A stretch of DNA of 63,749 bases, the filler included, from Licmophora abbreviata (Eukaryota), in assembly GCA_900291995.1 (NCBI GenBank). It is 19 parts of 19 records of this genome, joined end to end, with 100 filler letters (N's around TTAATTAATTAA, not from the genome) between each part and the next. Parts side by side here need not be neighbours in the genome. Positions count along the whole stretch, not along the records: positions 47,714 to 55,589 come from OLMU01000570.1; positions 55,690 to 56,987 come from OLMU01000571.1; positions 57,088 to 59,836 come from OLMU01000572.1; positions 59,937 to 61,889 come from OLMU01000573.1; 15 more parts are not named here. The stretch is one strand, 5' to 3'. A program made the position numbers and the translations under genes. Shown here in pieces: positions 48,932 through 61,989 of the stretch (positions within the stretch are counted from its first letter, which is position 1; each line of letters opens with the position of its first letter). Under the pieces are notes generated by a model. The model was not told the DNA's origin. It did no database searches and saw only the letters and a program-made list of their open reading frames with translations.

Positions 48932-50184
48932 TGACGACGATGCCGTTCCTTGGGGTTTTCTCGCAACAATTTAATACCTTAGTGGCCCATTGTATTGATA
49001 TTCCCATGTTTCATTAGTTTATCTGTGACGAAACGACTGTATTGTAGCTATAATCCATCGTTAGCACTGGCCGTTTCGACTCGTTCGCGTTTGCACACAG
49101 ACCGAGCGGTAAAACTGGTAATATAAGTTGTACGAGTTGCATGCTGGGCGTCGAGTAAATGGTAACAACGTTGGGTTGCCGTTCCGTATTCTAGTCTAGT
49201 TTAACGTCGAGTCAATCTAGTAAAGAGTCAGTCTTCTAAACACTACGTTCGAGTAATCAATGCAATCACAGCTCCGTTTAGGCTGACACATCATTCGTTA
49301 CTGAATACGGTCATGAGCAAAGACCGCCGTGCGCGCGCGCGCTCGCTTTTTGTATACATTTTTGTTATTGTTGCGGCTGCGTTCTGGAAGATACGATGTA
49401 CGCGATGAAGATGAGGAGACCTCATTCGCCTCTCACCTCTCATCATCGCTCGTCGGTCTGTTGTCAGCGTGGGAAGAGGCAAAGGGGCGCGATGTGTTCT
49501 CCCCTTGGCTGATGCTCTCATGCTGATTTCTGATGCTGTTTAACTACGACCGATAGAACACTAGAGAAAACGCAAAGGACAACGCAAAAGGAACCAAAAA
49601 CATGACTCAGGCACCAAAATTGGAGCTGGTAGAGGCCACCGAGGATGAAGAAAAGGCTTCGATCGGCGTCCCGTCCACGTTGAGACTGCTGCTGCTGCGG
49701 ATCCATGGCCACCACGACTGTAGTGCATGATATGTGTCAGTGGTCTCTTTCTCTCCAATGATGGGTTCTACATGAGATTTCCGAGTCCATTCTGGATTCT
49801 GACGAGAACAAACAGTGCCGTGGACTGCTTCTCGAAGTATTGTTTCACGCACGCCTTTCTGCAGAGGAGGAAAAAGAGAACTACGACCTCACGTCGGTCC
49901 AACCACAGGAAGCAGCAGCAGCAGAACTGTCAATTTCTTTTGCATTCAGTTTTACTCCAGTGATGTAGTATCATACACAAACAAGACGTTAGACTCTTTG
50001 GACAGACATTGCAAGCTGATGACTCATTGCTTATCCGCTAGATAGTATCTGAGGGGAAGAAAACTGAATGCATTGAATTGTGTCTCGGGTCATGACAAGC
50101 GAACGCACCGATTGTCTCTATGTCATACAGATGTATACACTCATTACTCTATCATTCTCGATTGTATCCTATTTTGATATACAG

Positions 50185-50481
50185 ACTGCCATTGCGGTAG
50201 AATTCACACCTGCTTCATCCGAATCCGCGTCGTATCAACTGGAATGGAAGGAGTACCCCGCCACGTGGGAGCAAAGCAAGAGTACTGCCCGTGTCTCGAC
50301 TCCAAGCAGCAAGCCAAAGTCTATGTGTTCCTGCGAAGCAACGAACTTGAATCCGGGCACAACGTATTGCGTGCGACTGACCTGTACTGGATGTGAACCC
50401 GGGCCTGAACTTATTGTCGATACGGAACAAGTGGGATGTACACCGCAGCCCTCCAAGGGGTGTGCGTGTGTCATCTTGTAG
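50185..50481 (+). CDS. 3' exon of a small FN3-like protein ending in a CaaX box (CVIL); 5' exon not identified
   Basis: Acceptor acag ending at 50184; YQLEW...NLNPGTTYCVRL is FN3-like; C-terminus GCACVIL*. Confidence 0.6.
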   Translation, partial: TAIAVEFTPASSESASYQLEWKEYPATWEQSKSTARVSTPSSKPKSMCSCEATNLNPGTTYCVRLTCTGCEPGPELIVDTEQVGCTPQPSKGCACVIL

Positions 50482-50702
50482 TAGAGAAGAGAGGAGGTGA
50501 CTGTAAGGAGGGTCAAATGATGATGATGATGATGTGGTTCGTGAGACGACGTGGAGGACGACACTAGAGTCCGACCAATGTGACAAGATAGATGGGGATA
50601 TAGTAAAGCAAACTATAGCTAGCAATTAGCTGTTCAGTAGTTCTAAAATACGAGTATCATACTCGTGCCGAAATGCGCATGACAAGCTAAGTACTACTGT
50701 TA

Positions 50703-52166
50703 CTAGGTGTGATGACGAGCACCATGTTTTTTTTTGGGCAACATGTTCGTAGGAACAACGACGGGCCCATTCTTGACTCGTATTCGCAGCAATTGATTCT
50801 CCGTGGTAGCGTACAAATATCCGTCCTCTCCCAGTGTAAGACTTGTAATAGGAGCATCGACTGGCAACATCCCTAGCCATGCGCCAGTTGCGTCCAATAT
50901 CCAGATACCTTGATTCAATGTGCCGATAAAGATGGTTCCTTTGCGATCCACGGCGAGGGCACATGGAGGTGTTGTCGTATTCGCAGCAGTGCCCAAGAGC
51001 GCCGATAAGTTCGAAACAAACTTTTCTCTCCCATGCCACAAACCTTGTTTGTTTCCATTGTTATCGTCACTCATCGATTGCAATTCTTCATCTTCGTCTT
51101 CATCTAGTATCGACAAGCGTACCAACCACACCTCGTCGTCGCCCCCACCGCCTGCCTTCGTCGTTATGACATACAGCGCGGTCCAAGTGGAGTCGAGTGC
51201 CATGCTTCCAATCTGTCCTCCGGTTTGGTACGCGAGTTGGAGTCGAATATTTTGATCGGCATGCGTGACATTCTCCCAACGGTGCGCCTGACGACTGTGC
51301 ATTGCAGACGAGAGCGGATCTACGTGGATCGCTTCTTTCAACCGATAGATCGCGTGTCTTGCTGAATCGTTATCATCATCAGACGATGAGTGTTCTAAAA
51401 CGAGCAAGTCGCCAAATGGCGTCATGATCATGTGCGTCGGTCGATCGAGACGACGCCAGCTTGGATCTGGCTCGGACGAGACGACAGTGGGGAGTTGTAG
51501 TATCAAGGGCGTTCGTGCTCCGTTGGTTTCTTCCTCGACTCGTACAATCCGCCGTTCGCCATATTCTGCCACAATCAATCGTCCCTCACTGGCATGATCA
51601 TGGCCTTGAAAGTCGATCGCCAGTGGGCCACTGCCCGTGTTGCCTTGAGAAGCAGAAGAAGTACATGATTTCCACAGTCCCGATCGACACCCTGATGCTT
51701 CCATGGCGAGCGTCTTTCCAATTGCAATGGGTCCTCCACCCACCTCCCACCGCCAAATGCGTCCACCGTTGGATGAAGCATGACAAGCGTCGTCCTGGGA
51801 GAGCAACAAGTAGCCGCGTCCCAGTTCACTGTCGTGTTTCCATAGAGAAGCGACGACGTTCTCAAGTCCATGCGACTGCACCAAGTACAATGGATCCTGA
51901 AGTAACGATGATTGCTGTGCCGAAGGATTTTGGTGCGACTGAACAAACAAAACGTCGTGCAGGGCATGAAGAGTGTCGTCGCCCAGTATCACATGACTCG
52001 TCGCGACAGGCCCCAAAGTTCGATTCCAAGAAGAACTCATCAGTCTCGAAAATATACAGTAGCACAGTGCAGGAACAAAGACGGCTGTCCATGCCATGGA
52101 GGGAGGCAAGAACAAGGGGAATCCACCGCGGTGGCGGCTGCTCAACGTCGTCGCCATGGTCGTCAT
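50703..52166 (-). CDS. SMP-30/gluconolactonase-family beta-propeller protein with N-terminal hydrophobic anchor
   Basis: GRIWRWE, EGRLIVAEYGERRIVR, LAVDRKGTIFI, TSLTLGEDGYLYATT..LLRIR. Confidence 0.8.
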   Translation of the reverse strand: MTTMATTLSSRHRGGFPLFLPPSMAWTAVFVPALCYCIFSRLMSSSWNRTLGPVATSHVILGDDTLHALHDVLFVQSHQNPSAQQSSLLQDPLYLVQSHGLENVVASLWKHDSELGRGYLLLSQDDACHASSNGGRIWRWEVGGGPIAIGKTLAMEASGCRSGLWKSCTSSASQGNTGSGPLAIDFQGHDHASEGRLIVAEYGERRIVRVEEETNGARTPLILQLPTVVSSEPDPSWRRLDRPTHMIMTPFGDLLVLEHSSSDDDNDSARHAIYRLKEAIHVDPLSSAMHSRQAHRWENVTHADQNIRLQLAYQTGGQIGSMALDSTWTALYVITTKAGGGGDDEVWLVRLSILDEDEDEELQSMSDDNNGNKQGLWHGREKFVSNLSALLGTAANTTTPPCALAVDRKGTIFIGTLNQGIWILDATGAWLGMLPVDAPITSLTLGEDGYLYATTENQLLRIRVKNGPVVVPTNMLPKKKHGARHHT

Positions 52167-52796
52167 GAATTTACGAATACTCGTACCAGGTACCCAGTCA
52201 AAAATTGAGCGCCGTAAAAGCAACCCGCGCGATCTCACGCAGTCTTAGGCGCATGTTTCCGTCTCGTGTTGCATCGTCGCTTCAGGAAGACGATTGAACG
52301 ATTCTCCTCTGCAAACGCATAGCATCTCAGCGACAGTATACACCATGAAAGATTTCATAGGCATATAGGTGGACGCGCACATTTCGTGTACTCGTCTTAT
52401 CCTGTCGATGATGATCTGTTATTGCAGATATGTCTCAGCTTGTATCGTCTGCAGTGACAAATAGTATCTTCTACTTAGTTCAAAGTGGATAACCTATCAG
52501 CCTTCTAATGTTAACTCGTGGCACTGATGACGTATGAAAATAACCGGGGGAATAGTGTCAACACTGCCAGAGCAGCGCTAGACGTTTCGACGGCGGAATA
52601 GCTGTAGAGATGTAGTCTCAGGCAATTTTGGTGCAAAGCCCCCTTCAACACAGCGCGGCATCAAGATCTCCAGCACTTGGGAGGCATCGCCCAAGAGCGG
52701 GAGCGTAATCCCCACCCATACATTAGCCAAGACGGACTCGCCTCTACTTTTGATGAGTTGGACCAGAAACAAAAGTGTACTAGCAGTCATGGATCA

Positions 52797-53687
52797 TCAA
52801 TCGTCTTCGTCAGTTTGTATTTGTCGCTGTACTGTCTTGATCAAGGTCTGGACCATGGCACGTGTTTGTTCTGCCGTCAAGACTTCGGTGTTGGCAATCG
52901 CATTGAGTACGAGTATCGTATACTCGGGTCGTTCGCTGTGGACCCACAATACACCATTGACTCCAATACAAACTTCAAAGGGCAATACTGACAATTCCTG
53001 CAAGACGACATTGCCTGGATGGAGCAACTCCCGCGCCAGTCCTATCGATATCTGTTGCACAGTCCCTCCCTTCAATTCTCCGTAGGTTCCTTCATTGGTC
53101 ATCCAGTCCTTCCTTGGAACACCGCTGTCCCGAGAGCCCAATTGACACGACAATGTCGGGTCCATGCTAGCGTGACACTTGGAAACACGCGCATACACTA
53201 GTGTTCCCTGTGTCAAATGCGGTTTGTTCCGCTTGGTGGCCCCCTCAAAGTGCAAGTTGCTCAACATGGCCGGATGTGGTCCGAATATGTGTACTCGATG
53301 GACGTCGCCACCCTGTTCGGTTCCCGCCCGATCCATGACGACTCCCACGACGCGATCTTCCACTTGGGGAATGTAGCGTTTTGGACTTGTCCATACAAAC
53401 CACGTGTGAGGACGACGGTGGTGCAATCGACCTGCGCATGTAGCAATAATGCTGGTAGTAGTCGTTGTTGCTGTGTCTGGGGAGGCTGGCGTCGTAGTGC
53501 CACCGTCCGAGACAGCAATAGCGTCGTTGTCGTTGTCGTCGCGGTGCCTGTATCGCAGACCAGTACCAAGCTTGAGATGCCTGTTTTTGTTGTCGGAGGT
53601 GATAATCCCAATATGTTTGGTCACGTCGTCTCCAGGAAGTACCGTGATTATAGGAGGCGGCGGCGGTGCTGCAGTGGAGGATGACAT
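52797..53687 (-). CDS. RRP40: Exosome complex component RRP40
   Basis: VLPGD, LGTGL, KRYIPQVEDRVVGVV, FEGATKRNKPHL..GTLVYARV, YGELKGG, FEVCIGVNGVLWV. Confidence 0.96.
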   Translation of the reverse strand: MSSSTAAPPPPPIITVLPGDDVTKHIGIITSDNKNRHLKLGTGLRYRHRDDNDNDAIAVSDGGTTTPASPDTATTTTTSIIATCAGRLHHRRPHTWFVWTSPKRYIPQVEDRVVGVVMDRAGTEQGGDVHRVHIFGPHPAMLSNLHFEGATKRNKPHLTQGTLVYARVSKCHASMDPTLSCQLGSRDSGVPRKDWMTNEGTYGELKGGTVQQISIGLARELLHPGNVVLQELSVLPFEVCIGVNGVLWVHSERPEYTILVLNAIANTEVLTAEQTRAMVQTLIKTVQRQIQTDEDD

Positions 53688-54151
53688 GCTTGATTTGTCT
53701 ATTGGAAAATTGACGAATGAATCAATCGAATGTGAATCAATGAATTCGATTGCTCAAGGATTCCTTTGAAACGCAACACGAGCAGCTTATTTCAAAAAGA
53801 GGCATGTAGTCTAGCAATCGTCATCCATCCAAAGAGACTGTACCCCAACGACACATAGACCTACAGCTAAAAGTGTAGGAAGTATCTATGATACCTGAAC
53901 ACGGCCCCCCCTCTGCCATAGTGTGTGGCTGTCGAGCAAGCAGAACTTGAAAAATACTCATGGTTCTGTCGAAACGGTGACCAAGAATGTCCGATTCTTC
54001 CAAGATTCGACCATTTTTGTCGACACGCTCAACACACACAAAATGACTCTCAGTCCACTGTCAATGGTCGCACAGTGCAGTCAGTGTACAGTGGAGTCTC
54101 TTGTCCTTCGTTGATCCCTCCCCCTTGCTTTTCTTTCTCTCCTTCACCACC

Positions 54152-55123
54152 ATGGCTGCCCCAGAGAATGCTGTTTCCCGCAAGTCCCGTTTGACAGTGC
54201 CGTCGGGAGCTCAAGAAACGACAACTTCGGCTGCCTCGTCTTCGCTCGGCCCGGCTGCTATTTCTGGACGAGTGTCAGCACCTCGCGCGACTCATCCTGG
54301 AGCTCATTCTCATCATCTGACATCGACGACACAGTACTTATCTCGACTCGTAGACGTACGTCAGATGGATGTCCAGTCCGCCTTGGATCAAATGAAGACG
54401 CTCCTCAGTCGAAGGCCTCACGTCGTCTACAAGACGAGCTATTATCGCAAGCAAACCAAGAACCACTGGGCGCGCGACGACCCCGCCTTTTGCGTCCTGC
54501 AAGCCGGATTTCTCCTCGTCGCTAGCTTTGCCTACGGCGTGGCCTTTCGCGCTTCCGCTCGACTGACCTTTGCCTTTTTACTACACAGTCTCGTCTGGAA
54601 CTGGCTGGTCTGCGGTCTTATTACCTGTACGGTCCTTCGGGAAATTGCCAATCGACACTTGACGGTGCACGCGTCCAATCATGTGCGGCAGAGTGTGGAA
54701 TGGTTGTATGCATTTGATATTCATTGCAATGCCTTCTTTCCCCTCTTTTGTGTCTTGTGGGGAGTTCAATTCTTCTTGTTGCCACTCGTGCTGGGCAAGT
54801 CCGTCGTCGCACTCGTCGCGGCCAATCTCCTTTATGCCGCGGCCTTTTCCTGGTACTGGTACATTACACATTTGGGATATCGAGGTGTGTCGTCGTTTCG
54901 TTGTTGTTGTTGTTGGTGTTGTGCACTACTCTTTCGTTCGTTTTGAGCTGACGCCTTACTTTCTTTTGTGTGTCTCGCAGCTCTTCCATTCCTTTCCAAT
55001 ACCGAGGTCTTTCTATTTCCAATTGCAGCAGTCGTCTTGCTCTTTGTACTCAACTTGATTGGATATCCATTTGGTATGGGCTGGAATGCTGCAAGGCTGG
55101 TGGCGAAAGTGTACTTTGCGTAG
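54152..55123 (+). CDS. UNC50: UNC-50/GMH1 family Golgi membrane protein; intron 54885-54980
   Basis: QMD..SA..QM, YYRKQTKNHWARDDPAF, VEWLYAFDIHCNAFFP, YITHLGYR|ALPFL. Confidence 0.95.
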
Positions 55124-55572
55124 CATGATTTCACTGTGTTTGGTCGATTCATGGTCGAAGAGAGTCTAACCACTACTACATATAAGTGCACTACGATAAG
55201 CAGAGCAATGTCCCTCGTGTCATGTATAGGAATGTTCGATTTGAGATAACTGGTAGACTTGATACCTCTAGAGAATGAGTCGAGTCGGGTCTCATCCTCT
55301 CCATCTCAACCACTCTCAACACTCAACACACATTCTGAACACATATCGAAAGTGCCTGACTCGACTCACTCCACGCCTGACAATCTCGGGTGTTCGCTTG
55401 GTGACGCTTCGCTTCATGCGAACACTGTAGCGATGCTCGAAATAGCGCGACGACGATGTTGCTCGAGCGGCGAAGAACACTTCCATGCAAGATCGCAAAA
55501 AGGCACGGGCGTAGTGTCGTCTTTTCATCCTCACACTACTCCCCCCTTGCCAATAATCTATCTACTCCAACA

Positions 55573-56987
55573 TGGGATTGAAAGAAATGNNNNNNNNNNN
55601 NNNNNNNNNNNNNNNNNNNNNNNNNNNNNNNNNTTAATTAATTAANNNNNNNNNNNNNNNNNNNNNNNNNNNNNNNNNNNNNNNNNNNNCTATCTACTCC
55701 AACATGGGATTGAAAGAAATGAAGTTCCAAAATGAATTTGAAACGATGCGAATGAGAGAAGAACGGTACAGTCACGACGCGTTTCGTCAGTTTGGTCTGC
55801 TCCGAGGAGAAGGCGGCCGACGACAGCTGCAGTCCGAAGGCAATAACGGAGACAGAAATGCATCCCGAGCTCCTACTAGCACCGATGGCACGATTGCGAT
55901 TCTTGTGGTCGTGTCTATTCTCTTTTGCTGTGTATGGTAAGTTCGATATGGGGGCTTCTCTATGAAATGAGATACTACTACTACTACTACTATCTTGCGC
56001 TTTGTTCTTTCGTCTTGCTCACGATTTGCGTTTCTTCCTAGGCTCCCCGGGATTTGTCGAAGGCGCTGTATAAACACTCATCACCACCACCAGCATGGTC
56101 TCTCGTCGCGTCGGCAAAGTCGATCCAGCAGAGATGCAGCGGCAGTCGCCAATGTTATTCGACAGTCCGTTGACATTCAAAGAAGAGCGCGTGGATTGCC
56201 GTCTCTCTACACACACCCAGCGAGACTCGCACTCTCCATCGAACGGCGAAGGGCGCTCCTGGAAGACATGCTAGTGACCAAGGTACGTATGCAGTTGGAA
56301 GGGGAAGCTGTGTTGATCCTAATTTAGTTCATGTTCTCATTTTTGTTGTTGTTACAAAACCTACAGCATGTCATTTTCGACTCGACTGCAGCAACAGCAA
56401 CCACTATCGTGTCATCATCGGCCGATGCGTCGTTGACCGGCGACAAGATGACAGCAATGATGCGAAGCAAGAGCGATTTGATCCTTCCAGCAGTAGGCGG
56501 CAACAACAATAACAACATGCCATTGACAAACGAGGATGCAATTCGAGACGGGAGTGGTGGTCAGGATGACTCGAATGCCACTGATGGCAATGATACCATG
56601 GAGCCGTGTGCGATTTGTTTGACCGACTATCAAGATGGGGATGAAATCTGTTGGTCCCAGTCTTCAGAGTGTCCCCATGTCTTTCATCGTGCCTGTATTT
56701 TCGAGTGGCTACTTCGACACGACGAATGTCCCTGTTGCCGAAACGACTTTTTGGATTTTGAGAATCATCGTGGCGATGAGGATGCACGAATGATGAGGAT
56801 GACGAGTGGCTCTACTGCATCTTATAACAATGTAACGGCATCAGTAGCACCAGAGGCAGACTTTGTTTTTGCCTTGAATGCGATTCATCGGCAGTTCCCA
56901 AATGGGCCGCCACCCGCGCTTCAAGCTGAGATCTTTCGTGGACTCGTCGATTTGTACTTTCCGCAAGTCTTCATTGGTGGGAGCAAT
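55573..56987 (+). CDS. TM + RING-H2 E3 ligase (ATL-like), copy 1; introns 55937-56041, 56283-56366; 3' end lost in spacer
   Basis: TM IAILVVVSILFCCVW; CAICL...C.HVFHRACIFEWLLRHDECPCCR. Confidence 0.85.
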
Positions 56988-57087
56988 NNNNNNNNNNNNN
57001 NNNNNNNNNNNNNNNNNNNNNNNNNNNNNNNTTAATTAATTAANNNNNNNNNNNNNNNNNNNNNNNNNNNNNNNNNNNNNNNNNNNN

Positions 57088-58157
57088 TGCTCGTGACCAA
57101 GGTACGTATGCAGTTGGAAGGGGAAGCTGTGTTGATCCTAATTTGGTTCATGTTCTCATTTTTGTTGTTGTTACAAAACCTACAGCATGTCATTTTGGAC
57201 TCGACTGCAGCAACAGCAACCACTTTCGTGTCATCATCGGCCGATACATCGTTGACCGGCGACAAGATGACAGCAATGATGCGAAGCAAGAGCGATTTGA
57301 TCCTTCCAGCAGTAGGCGGCAACAACAAGAACAAAATTGCCAATGACAAACGAGGATGCAATTCGAGACGCTAGTCCTCGGCACGATGACTTGAATGTCA
57401 CTGATGGCAATGATACCATGGAACCTTGTGCGATCTGTTTGACCGACTATCAAGATGGTGATGAAATCTGTTGGTCCCAATCTCCAGAGTGTCCCCATAA
57501 CTTTCATCGTGCCTGTATTTTCGAGTGGCTACTTCGACACGACGAATGTCCTTGTTGCCGAAACGACTTTTTGGATTTTGAGAATCATCGTGACGATGAG
57601 GATGCGTGAATGATGAGGATGCCGAGTACCTCTACTACATCTTATGAGAATGCAACAGCATCAGTAGCACCAGAGGCTGACTTCGTTTTGGCCTTGAGTG
57701 CGATTCATCGGCAGTTCCCAAACGCGCTTCAAACCAGATTTTTCGCGGACTCGTCGATTTGTACTTTCCGCAAGTCTTCATTGATGGGAGCAATAACAAT
57801 CGCACTGATCGGCAGCAAGAAGAAGAGGAAGAGCGAGTGGTACAAAATGGGAATGGGTCACGATTAGTGGAGTTAACAGAGCGACTGCCTCAGGAACGTA
57901 TCATGCTGGATGCTCACGAAATCATGCTGGTCGAAAATGATGATATTGAAGTGAGGAACGAGGAAGTAGATGTTGAAGTCGGAGAAACTGAGACGGCACC
58001 AGTGGTGGCTCCAGTCGAATATATCGAGTCAACGGAAGGATCGGGTGACGGCCTCGTGCGGATAGCAGATACTGATATCGTCGTCGCGCAAATGACAGAG
58101 ATCTCGCTAGACGAAGACGAGGGAGAGAGGCAAACCAATAGTGCACCCCGCTTGTAA
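57088..58157 (+). pseudogene. Second copy of the RING-H2 gene with two frameshifts and a premature stop
   Basis: Near-identical to ~56270-56987 including the intron; +1 nt near 57335, CGA>TGA at 57607, 12-nt deletion and -1 nt near 57720-57740. Confidence 0.75.
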
Positions 58158-58400
58158 AGGGTCGTGCACATAACGTTTCATAGATGCTCATAGTAACGCC
58201 ACAATTGTTGAATGAAGGATGCAGATGATACCTATTAGCTCTTACGAAGGCGTTTGTCCATTGGACTCATCGATCCGTCGAAGAGGAGAAACGAACCAAG
58301 ATATGAGGGGTAGGGATTCATTCAGATGTTCCGGTATTTGGAGCTGACCCTCGTGTCACGGATATGATGTCATCTTCAATCTGTGATAGTCTCATGATTC

Positions 58401-60800
58401 ATGGCATGGCCCGCCACGAATCGAATCACAAAAAACAAACCAACAAAAACGACAGCAAACTCAGTTGCGACGATGACAAGTTCGGTCGTCGATTCCCAGC
58501 TTGTCTCGCTAGACGACACAGATTGCTATGCCTCATCGTGGGCGGAAGCCGTCAAAACATCGGAAAATTCAGGAAGTTTAAAGAATCCTTGGGGTGGCCG
58601 CGGCAAAGGCGGACGACTTCTCAGTCGTCGCACCATTCAGCCTCACACTGTGGTAGTCGACGACGTGAGACTCGAGTACGTTAACGATAAGGGTCTTCCA
58701 GGCAAGATATTGTTGGAGCGCGCTACACTTAAGTTACTTTCGAAGCACGTATATGCTATTGTTGCGAGAAATGGGAGTGGAAAAAGTACCCTCCTGAGAC
58801 GAATCGATGCTGGCAAGATACCAGGATTTCCAACCCACCTGTCATCTATATACATCCCGCAAGAAGTGATCGTAGACAAAGAGAAGACACCTCTCGAGAT
58901 GGTTCTGAGTCACCACGATAAGTACTGTCACGAATCCACGGCGTTGGCTCAAGGAAAGATCGAGGATCTCGAGGATCAGTTGGAACAGCTCGACGTTTCG
59001 TCGTCCGACGCAGATGTGCAAAAAATGGAAAGTCTATGTGAACAAATTTCTCAGCTTGAAGATGAAGCGGACTGCAACTACGACGACATGGTAGCACGTC
59101 TTCAGGCTCAGGAATCCTTAACGTTCTTTGGGTTGGACGAGAGTCACTGGCATACACCAACAGGCCGCCTCTCAGGAGGTATTCAAAAGAAAGCTCAGCT
59201 AGCGACCGCCCTGTTTTGCAAAGCAGACTTGCTTCTCCTGGACGAACCTACAAATTTTCTGGATGTTCAAGGCTTGATCCAGCTGCGTCGACTCATTTCG
59301 ATATGTACAGAAAGGAATACTACCGTTCTACTCGTCTCGCACGATGTCGATCTCATAAACGACGTTGCGTCCGACGTCATGCATATTTCACAGCAGTCGC
59401 TTGAGTACTATCCGGGAAACTATAGAGACTTTCTGGGATACAAACAACAGAAGGACCTTCACAGTCTCCGAGAGCACGTTGCCCTAGAAAAGAAACGCGA
59501 TGCCATGCTTCAAACGCTGGATCACTTGAAGAAGCAACCCGTGCCGAAGCGAGGCGGCGCCAAGAAGAAGGGACGTGCGATCGAAAGTATGAAAAAGAAG
59601 CTTGAAAAGCAAGGCATTGAGCATGATGAGAAGGGTCATCGATGGAAGCAACAAAAATCGGGAACAGGTTTGTTGAATAGTCTTATATGCTGTGCTATCG
59701 AGCGGGAACCGCATCAATGCACTAACGCATCTCATCTCTTGTGCGTACAAAATAACAGGCATTAAACAAGGATCCATTAACTCGGTCGATGCTTCCTCAA
59801 GGAATAGTTTGTCCCACTCGCAACTCCTCAAGCGAGNNNNNNNNNNNNNNNNNNNNNNNNNNNNNNNNNNNNNNNNNNNNTTAATTAATTAANNNNNNNN
59901 NNNNNNNNNNNNNNNNNNNNNNNNNNNNNNNNNNNNGCACCTGTCCCGGACAAGGCTGTACAGTTCGTGTGAGTATTGCGCTCATTCTCTGAGTCTCGTC
60001 TTGAGTAGCGATTCTTTAGTTTCTCACGTTACCCTGCATACCACAGCTTCCGGAACCCTACCAGTACATGGGGCGAGCCCCTTATCGTGGCGACAGATTT
60101 GGGCCATGGTTACGGTGCCCCCGAAGAAAGCCCACCGACGCAGCTTGATCCGTTGGCAACGCTGGGCATGAAGAAGACGGGATATCTATTCGATTGTGTT
60201 GATATTTGTGTCGACGAAGGTTCAACGACGTGTATTCTTGGCAGCAATGCGTCTGGCAAGTCGACGCTTTTGCGGCTACTCGCTAAGCTCGAGCAACCAC
60301 TAGAGGGCAAGATTGATCATGCCCAGGGCCTAGGCATCGGATACTTCGACCAGCATGTCGTCGACGAAATGATCGAGTCAGCTGATAGCGAAGGAAAAGA
60401 AACGACGACGTCGTTGTCATTCCTCGCAAGACGTTTCCCAAAAAAGACTGAGCAGATCCTGCGTGGGGAGCTCACGTCGTTCGGTATCGGGCCAGATCGT
60501 GCAGTGACCGATGTGCGATTCCTCAGCGGAGGAGAGCGCAGTCGGGTCTGCCTGGCCGCGCTCATGCTGTTGGATCCACAGCTGTTGATCATGGACGAGC
60601 CCTCTTCGCATCTTGACGTCGAAAGCGTCGAGGCACTTATCTATGCACTGCGACAGTGGAATGGGACGGCGGTCATGGTCTCGCACGACGCCCACTTGAT
60701 TCGGTCGCTAGGTGGGTCGTGCTATATCATCATGCCGCACGAAGGCAAGATTCGGAGGGTACCGGACATCGATGCTTACCTCAAGACTTTCACTCTTTGA
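58401..60800 (+). CDS. ABC-F family ATPase (two NBDs, no TM); introns ~59668-59758 and ~59968-60046, spacer 59837-59936
   Basis: RNGSGKST, LSGG, LLLLDEPTNFLD, VSHD, YPGNY; second NBD GSNASGKST, LSGGERSR, DEPSSHLD, VSHD. Confidence 0.93.
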
Positions 60801-61178
60801 ATCGCCAGAGCTCTAGCTTAGTAGCTGTTAATGTATCGAGTAGCACCCAATAAGTTGCTAACGGTTTCGAAGATCGATTTTGGCATGTGCTTTCGTGCAG
60901 AATTCTATATTTGCTGATGTACGACTCGTATTCACAACAAGGTTACATCCGGGTGTCTATACCCTTAGATGATAAAGCGCACCGCGCGTCGCCCTGCCAT
61001 TTTACATTTTAGTGAGAGTGAGTCGAGAGGCCGCGGATTGAGTGTGCGTTATGTTGAATGTGTCCACAAGAGTGAAGTGCGGGTCCACCACTGTACCGCC
61101 ACCGTTATCGCGACAACGACACTGTGGTCGTTGTTCACGTCGCCTGCTCGAACCCTCCTTCTCCCATAATCTAACGAA

Positions 61179-61889
61179 ATGAGAAAGATCAGATCAATAG
61201 AATACGACCGTGCCCCGCAAGGTGATGGCACTAAAAAGGTTCCTTTCAATACACTCGATTCTCTGATGCCTTCGAATGAAACTTTCGAGGTGGACCTTGA
61301 GGCCGATGAGGGGTTGCATCGGAGGTCTCCCCCACTAAAGCGCTCCAGCGACCCTCTGTGGCTCTTCTCTGTCGCCTTGACGCTGGTTCTCCTCCTTCCT
61401 TCCCTGACTACTGCAATTGTTTTATTCTACAGTCTGCTGAACCGGATCTGGCCTGCGACGCTCTTCTCGTCTCATCTGACCGTGGCGCTGTGGGCAGCAC
61501 GAGACAGAATCCCCGCCGATGACACTGACAAGACTAGCTACTGGAAGTTCTTTCGACGACTTGGGCCCTCGGTGCTGGACATTTTTCTTTTCTCGAGCTT
61601 GTATCTTGCAATTACTGGAGTCTTTATTGACGAGTTTTTTGCTGACGTCGACAATACGCCCGTTGTTGAATGGGAAGGGTATCGCAGCTTGTTTGTCTGG
61701 GTTCGAGCTGCTGGAATGATTGTTGCGGGTCTCCGTGTAGCTCAAGAGGTAGTTTCCTTTGGCTTAGTTTGTTATCATCACTTGTATGGTCTGAATCTGC
61801 AAGACGATCATCGACTACCCCGGCGGGCCGTTGCCGCTATGGCACGACTCAAGCATCGCTCTCATTCCATGTTGCCCGAGGTCCGACGG
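61179..61889 (+). CDS. Uncharacterised multi-pass membrane protein, 3' end lost in spacer
   Basis: Open frame with several hydrophobic segments; no recognised motif. Confidence 0.55.
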
Positions 61890-61989
61890 NNNNNNNNNNN
61901 NNNNNNNNNNNNNNNNNNNNNNNNNNNNNNNNNTTAATTAATTAANNNNNNNNNNNNNNNNNNNNNNNNNNNNNNNNNNNNNNNNNNNN

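Noticed and set aside
49291..49760. Short minus-strand ORFs with a hydrophobic stretch
   Set aside because: No motif, interrupted frames; cannot support a gene call
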